From Amoebidium appalachense (Eukaryota; Protista; Ichthyosporea), in NCBI GenBank assembly GCA_963693365.1, contig CAVNZM010000014.1, positions 2,294,001-2,358,000 of the forward strand: a DNA stretch of 64,000 nucleotides, read 5' to 3'. Made by a program: the position numbers and the translations under genes. The notes below the pieces were generated by a model, which did no database searches, was not told the DNA's origin, and was given only the letters and a program-made list of their open reading frames with translations. Positions 40,921 through 64,000 of the stretch are shown here, piece after piece; the stretch's first letter is position 1; the number at the start of each line of letters is the position of its first letter.

Positions 40921-41423
40921 AATGTAGTGAGGAGACGATGTGGGCATCATGTGGCACATTCCGAAAAAGATTCCTGAATGATTGCGCAAACGAACTATGT
41001 AGATTTATTTTCTTTCTTTGTACATGTAGATCTGGCCCTCTCACTCTCAGAAGTTCGTAGGACTGAAAAAGAAGATCGGCTTTCGAAATTTACAGCAGTA
41101 AACGTAGCAAAAACAAGCCTTTACCTTGGTCCTCGCACACACCAACGTCAAGCCACAATTATCCAAACCCAAAAACACAGACCTTGTTGTATCGATACTG
41201 ACCCGGTTATGTATACGAGCACACCCGAGACAATCCAAGCGTGGGGAAAACACTTGCAAGTGGCCTTGTTGGTGCCCACGCGAGATTGAGATGGACTAAC
41301 CCGAAAAAAGCAAAGCAAGCTGTTTTCTCACTCCTTCCATTTTTTCACATAGTGTAAAACATCTAGAAGCTTCTCGCCCGTTTATGTATAGGGGGCGAGA
41401 GTGACCTACATAGAGCAATAAAC

Positions 41424-46179
<4,756 letters not shown>

Positions 46180-48311
46180 GCACTTTTTTGGCCGCAACTG
46201 TGGACTTCCGACCAAGATAAGATAACTCGGCCGATATGCTAGAAAGTAGACGGACGTTTGCGACGCGTTGGGCACTAGTTTATTGTGCTGTTGTAATTAT
46301 TTTGAGATGCGTCACAGCAATGCTGCACAGCGACTGCTGCATAACACTTTCTGAATGTCGTTCAGGTGACTTTTGATCCCATCTGATTATTTAGCAAACA
46401 TGCGAATTGAAAAAGAGAAGGTAGCGGGATAAAACGGCAAAGCAAAAAGAAATCATTGAACACGATGGTCTTGTTTAGGCTTATACGGTTGTAGCTCCCT
46501 AAATACTTAGAACAACGTTTTGACATGCACAACTAGGATCCCCTTCTTCACTTTCGCGTTCATGCAACCGGTTGATTACCCTGTCGTGTGCGTGGCAGAA
46601 TTCGAAACACATGTGGTGCTGCTGCACGAGGTTCATTGCGCTGGTGACACGTAAAAGGACAGAACCTGAGCTGTTCAAAGCAGTGTATGGAAATAAAAAT
46701 TCAGAGTACATTTATCGGTTGAATGGTTCCCAGCTTCCGGTGCAGCGCAAGGACACTGGCAGTCTGGCGGCCACAACCGGAATGCGTGCAAAAGAAAAAC
46801 GTAAACAAACGGAGCCGCGTGGAATTTGCCCCCGTCTACCCTGCTCCTCATGATCAGTCCCTATTGGATAGCGGAACCGGCATTGTCACGGACCGATTCT
46901 GCATGACTGTCCCCAGATTGGCAGCAGTATGTAGACTCTCAAAAAATCATAAACACAAAACAAGAGTATCTGAGAAGTTTTTAAAGAATTATTCTTAATT
47001 ATATGGGGAATTACACTGAAATCTTATCCCGCCATCCTGGTGGAATGAGTGCGGGATATGATTGGCCGGAGAAAACTGTGGAATGTGTCCAAGAAAATGT
47101 GGTTTAGGATCATACGCGGCAGCCAGCTTCGCAGAGCCTTGCGGCTTTTTTTCTTTTTTCATTCGCAAGCCATGACTGGCATCACCAAATTTCAAATATA
47201 GATCAGCTTCGCAAGATGAATGCTAACCATTAGACCTAAATTATCAAACGCATTATCAAAACCAGAACTTTTGCACAGCTCGTCAGGTGCATCTACAAGT
47301 TCAAAGCCAGCAAATCGTATTTCGAGGATTCGACCCAATGAAAACATTCAAAGCTTTTGATTGGTTTGTCAAGTTGGAGTTACATAAAGAGAACCAGGCT
47401 GATTAACTATATTTGGCTAGCAGGTTTGCTTTCGGCCAATTACTATTGAGCTACCTTGATTATTGCCGTCCTCCTGCAACCAATGAAAATAGGTCTCTGG
47501 AGGAGGGCAAAGGTCGCCGTTGTTTAGATGGCATGCATGCTATCCAGGCTCTTCCTCGTTCGAATCCTCCGTATCAAGCCACCGGCTATAGTCATGCGAT
47601 GATCAATTTAAGTCTTTTAGTCCGTCTTTTAGTCCATTATTTTTTTTTTTTTACAGAAAACGCATAATATCTGCCTCAAAACAACATAAAGCTTCAAATA
47701 TTGTCTTTCGTAATAAATCAAGAACAGTTGTAGGCTATTTCTCTGTGTAACAGCTGCTTGTGTTTCTCCTGTTCCTCGATAATACCGTATGGCATACTAT
47801 CGAGGGATTCTGCCAACATAGGGGAAGTTCGCGTTGTCACTGTTCCTGCAGTACAGCTGGAGTGGGGATCGTCTCTGTTTCCCTTCGGCGTGTGCTTTCA
47901 AGTGAAGTACTCAAGCCTTTTTCTTTTCTTTTTTTTCTTTTTGGCTTGTCACGCGAGCGAATAAGAGGAAAGAGCAATTTCACAGCCAAGGGAATTTAGA
48001 ACATGAAGTATGAGCTTTAGGCTTCTTGGTAACTTCTAATCTTCTTATTGAGGCCGAGACTAGGGAGGGACTCCCTACCGTGTACACCGTTTTGGTGGTG
48101 AGTCATCCTTCTACGCGTGTATACACATGCAACTAATCTGCTCCCAGCCTTACAATCTCATGTCAAGCTTATGGTTTAAACGTTTCAGCTTGATATTCCC
48201 CTGCTTGATTCAGCTTTCTGCAGTGTGATTAGTGCCTGTCTGTTGGCGTTTGGCTGGCCTTAACTATCTCTCTTCCTCTCTTCTCTGAGCACATTCCGAA
48301 ACACACACGGT

Positions 48312-49330
48312 TTATGAATTACTCTCTTTCCGGCTTAAATTTGCAACGTATATGTATACACTTGTAATACAGTTAAAGAACTCTAGATAAATATAGTGTT
48401 TATCGTTTAAGATGTCAGCAGGATCAACATTGAGCTGAACGGTAGCATTTCCGGAGTACCTTCTTGCAGTGGATGTGGCACAGCAGTGGTTTTGTTGTCG
48501 TTGGGCCTTTTTTCCCACTGTGGTTTCTTTATAAGCTTGGGCAAGTCTTTCTTGGTAGGCCGCACGGTTGAATTTTGTGCTCTTTCTGAGTTTTTCTGGC
48601 TGCACCAAGGGACTGTGTGCATGTGATGTAGTATAGAATAACGTGTGATGTGTCCGTTGTTGTGTTTGAAGCTCGAGCGTGCGGTTGTCTGGAATAGCTT
48701 TCTTTAGAGTAAGTAGTCGGGAAAACAGGACTGAAGAATCAAAAAGAAAAGGCAGGGTAGATCGGGAGAGGGAAAAGAGATGGTTAGGAAAAAGGCAGGA
48801 AGGTTGGCTTCGGCTGCAAGGAAGGTGCAAAGTAAAAAGCAAAACAACACAATACGGGAGACTTTGTAAAGAGGAGTGGGCAGATGAGTAAAGCGTAAAC
48901 CGAGAGTGTAAATACTTACAAGCATGAACAGTTTTCGAGGGAATGGTTTAGAGCTCTGAACATCTCCAGGTTTTCTGTGTTATGTTGGGTATAGGCCGCT
49001 TCCTTTTGTGTTCACGGGGTATCTTCACCTTTTTGCTCTAGCACTGGATGCGGCTCGCTATGCTTGCACCGGATACAAGGTCCTTTGGTGGATTGCTCCC
49101 TGCTAACAACGAAAGTTGTCTCCTTTTTGCTTCCCTAAACGGTAAATCCTTTAGTAAATACGGTACGTAAGAGCACCTCTCCTTGTAGGTGTTTCGCCAA
49201 ATGTGTTGATACTTGTGCTGATATCCCCTTGCTTTGAACCACACAGGTAACATGAGTTCCAGACGTCCTGTGCAGGTCTAAATGAAATCTACTCTGCAGC
49301 CTTGGTATGTGTAACACCTACATTCCTCCT
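48312..49330 (-). mobile_element. Possible degraded Penelope-like retroelement fragment
   Basis: High-complexity, stop-interrupted coding-like sequence. LMLPVWFKARGY resembles the F..RGY motif that follows the RT of Penelope-like elements. No RT catalytic motif is visible. Confidence 0.25.
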
Positions 49331-49610
49331 CCTTGCCTTTGTACTATTTGACGGCCGTTTTGGACAGACCATATGTGCTGCACACACGCGTACGAAGGCA
49401 CACGCAGAGAAAGATTCACACCCATGCTCACATACACGCACATATACAAGGTTGGTTTACGTATGAAAGCGACGGAAGCTGATATGTTCCTTTTCTCTCA
49501 AACACCAACGGGGTTGACGTAGGAAAAGCAAGCCGATTCTATACGGTGTGACGTAGGAAAAGCAAGCCGATGCTATGCAAGTGGTTTTAGTAGTGGTTGG
49601 TAGCTATTGG

Positions 49611-49829
49611 CCTTCCCTCCATCCATCCTTAATTCTTTTTCAGGTTACTAGTTAATGAGATGGCTTTGGCCAACTTTCTATGGACAGTTGCATACTTCCT
49701 ACTTAGTGATCCAGCCCGTCCTTCCCTCCATCATTCTTTAATTCTTTTTCAGGTTACTAGTTAATTGAGATGGCTTTGGCCAACTCTCTATGGACGGTTG
49801 CATACATCCTACTTAGTTATCCAGCCCGT
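49611..49829. repeat. About 109-bp tandem duplication upstream of the HDAC-like gene
   Basis: 49611-49719 and 49720-49829 are near identical. A separate 23-bp repeat (tgacgtaggaaaagcaagccgat) occurs at about 49516 and 49549. Confidence 0.9.
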
Positions 49830-49927
49830 GCCCGAGCAAATACATCGTCTTATTTCCTTCGTTTTCTGGCATTGATTCCAAACGATGGGGCCCTTTTTTC
49901 TTTTACGCAGATTGGCGACATCTGACG

Positions 49928-63286
<13,359 letters not shown>

Positions 63287-63745
63287 GTGTGTGTGTGTGT
63301 GGGTGTAGGTGTTTGTGTGTGGGTATAATTGTGGTTGTGTGCGTGCTGTGTGCGTGTGTGCGTGCGTGTGTGTGTGTGTGTGTGTGTGTAACGGGTACAT
63401 GTGTATGTTGTCTATGTGAGGTGTGTGTGAGGTGTGTATGTGAGGTGTGTGTGTTACGTGCCTAGTTCGTACTTTTGTATGCGCGTCTAGGCACATGCTT
63501 ACATGGCTATTTTCTTCTTTTATTTCCCTTCGTCACATTTTATGCAGCAGGAGACACGTTCGTGACAACTGACTTCGTATTTTACCCCTTCTGGTTGACG
63601 ATACATGATGCTTTTTTTTCCTGAGGGGAGTGAAATGGCCTTTTTTAAGACCCTTCGTGGGTGTCTCGTTTCAACCTTTCCAACCGTAAGAGTTACTTGG
63701 CCGAACCTTTCGAAGCCTGACACCTGCCCATACTGACCCTCTTTC

Positions 63746-63792
<47 letters not shown>

Positions 63793-63952
63793 ACACGCAC
63801 ACACAGAAACAAAATTCACCCCCTTTCTTTCTGTTCTTGCTCTCTTTTGCCACCCACCAATGCACATACGAAATTCTACGCCCGCTCAGGCACACGCACG
63901 CACGCACGCACGCACACACGCACACACACCTGCACACTCAGCCGCACACACT

Positions 63953-64000
<48 letters not shown>

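Overview
Eukaryotic, intron-rich genomic DNA whose introns are packed with (CA)n/(TG)n, poly-C/poly-G and (GA)n tracts. Gene content suggests a unicellular opisthokont-like protist (inference). Nearly all ORFs in the supplied track are simple-repeat noise, so gene models were spliced by hand and checked for exon phase. They are: the 3' end of a membrane protein (possibly RING-CH), intronless VTI1, an MIT-domain protein, a conserved W/R-rich protein of unknown function, an F-box/LRR pseudogene, a multi-exon minus-strand pseudogene, a probably acylated DUF1771-Smr protein, SMUG1, and a large class IIa-like HDAC with a prion-like N-terminus, AT-hook and Tudor-knot that runs off the window. Three signals stand out. 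(1) A multi-copy intronic element of about 160 nt with covarying stems, a possible pseudoknot and both halves of a hammerhead core. (2) Intronic 'echo' copies of exon ends that differ mostly at synonymous sites. (3) A 3' splice-site architecture in which AG-free (CA)n tracts replace the polypyrimidine tract, often with distant branch-point motifs and complementary GT/G tracts at the 5' end of the intron. Homopolymer lengths look unreliable, which probably reflects long-read assembly errors.
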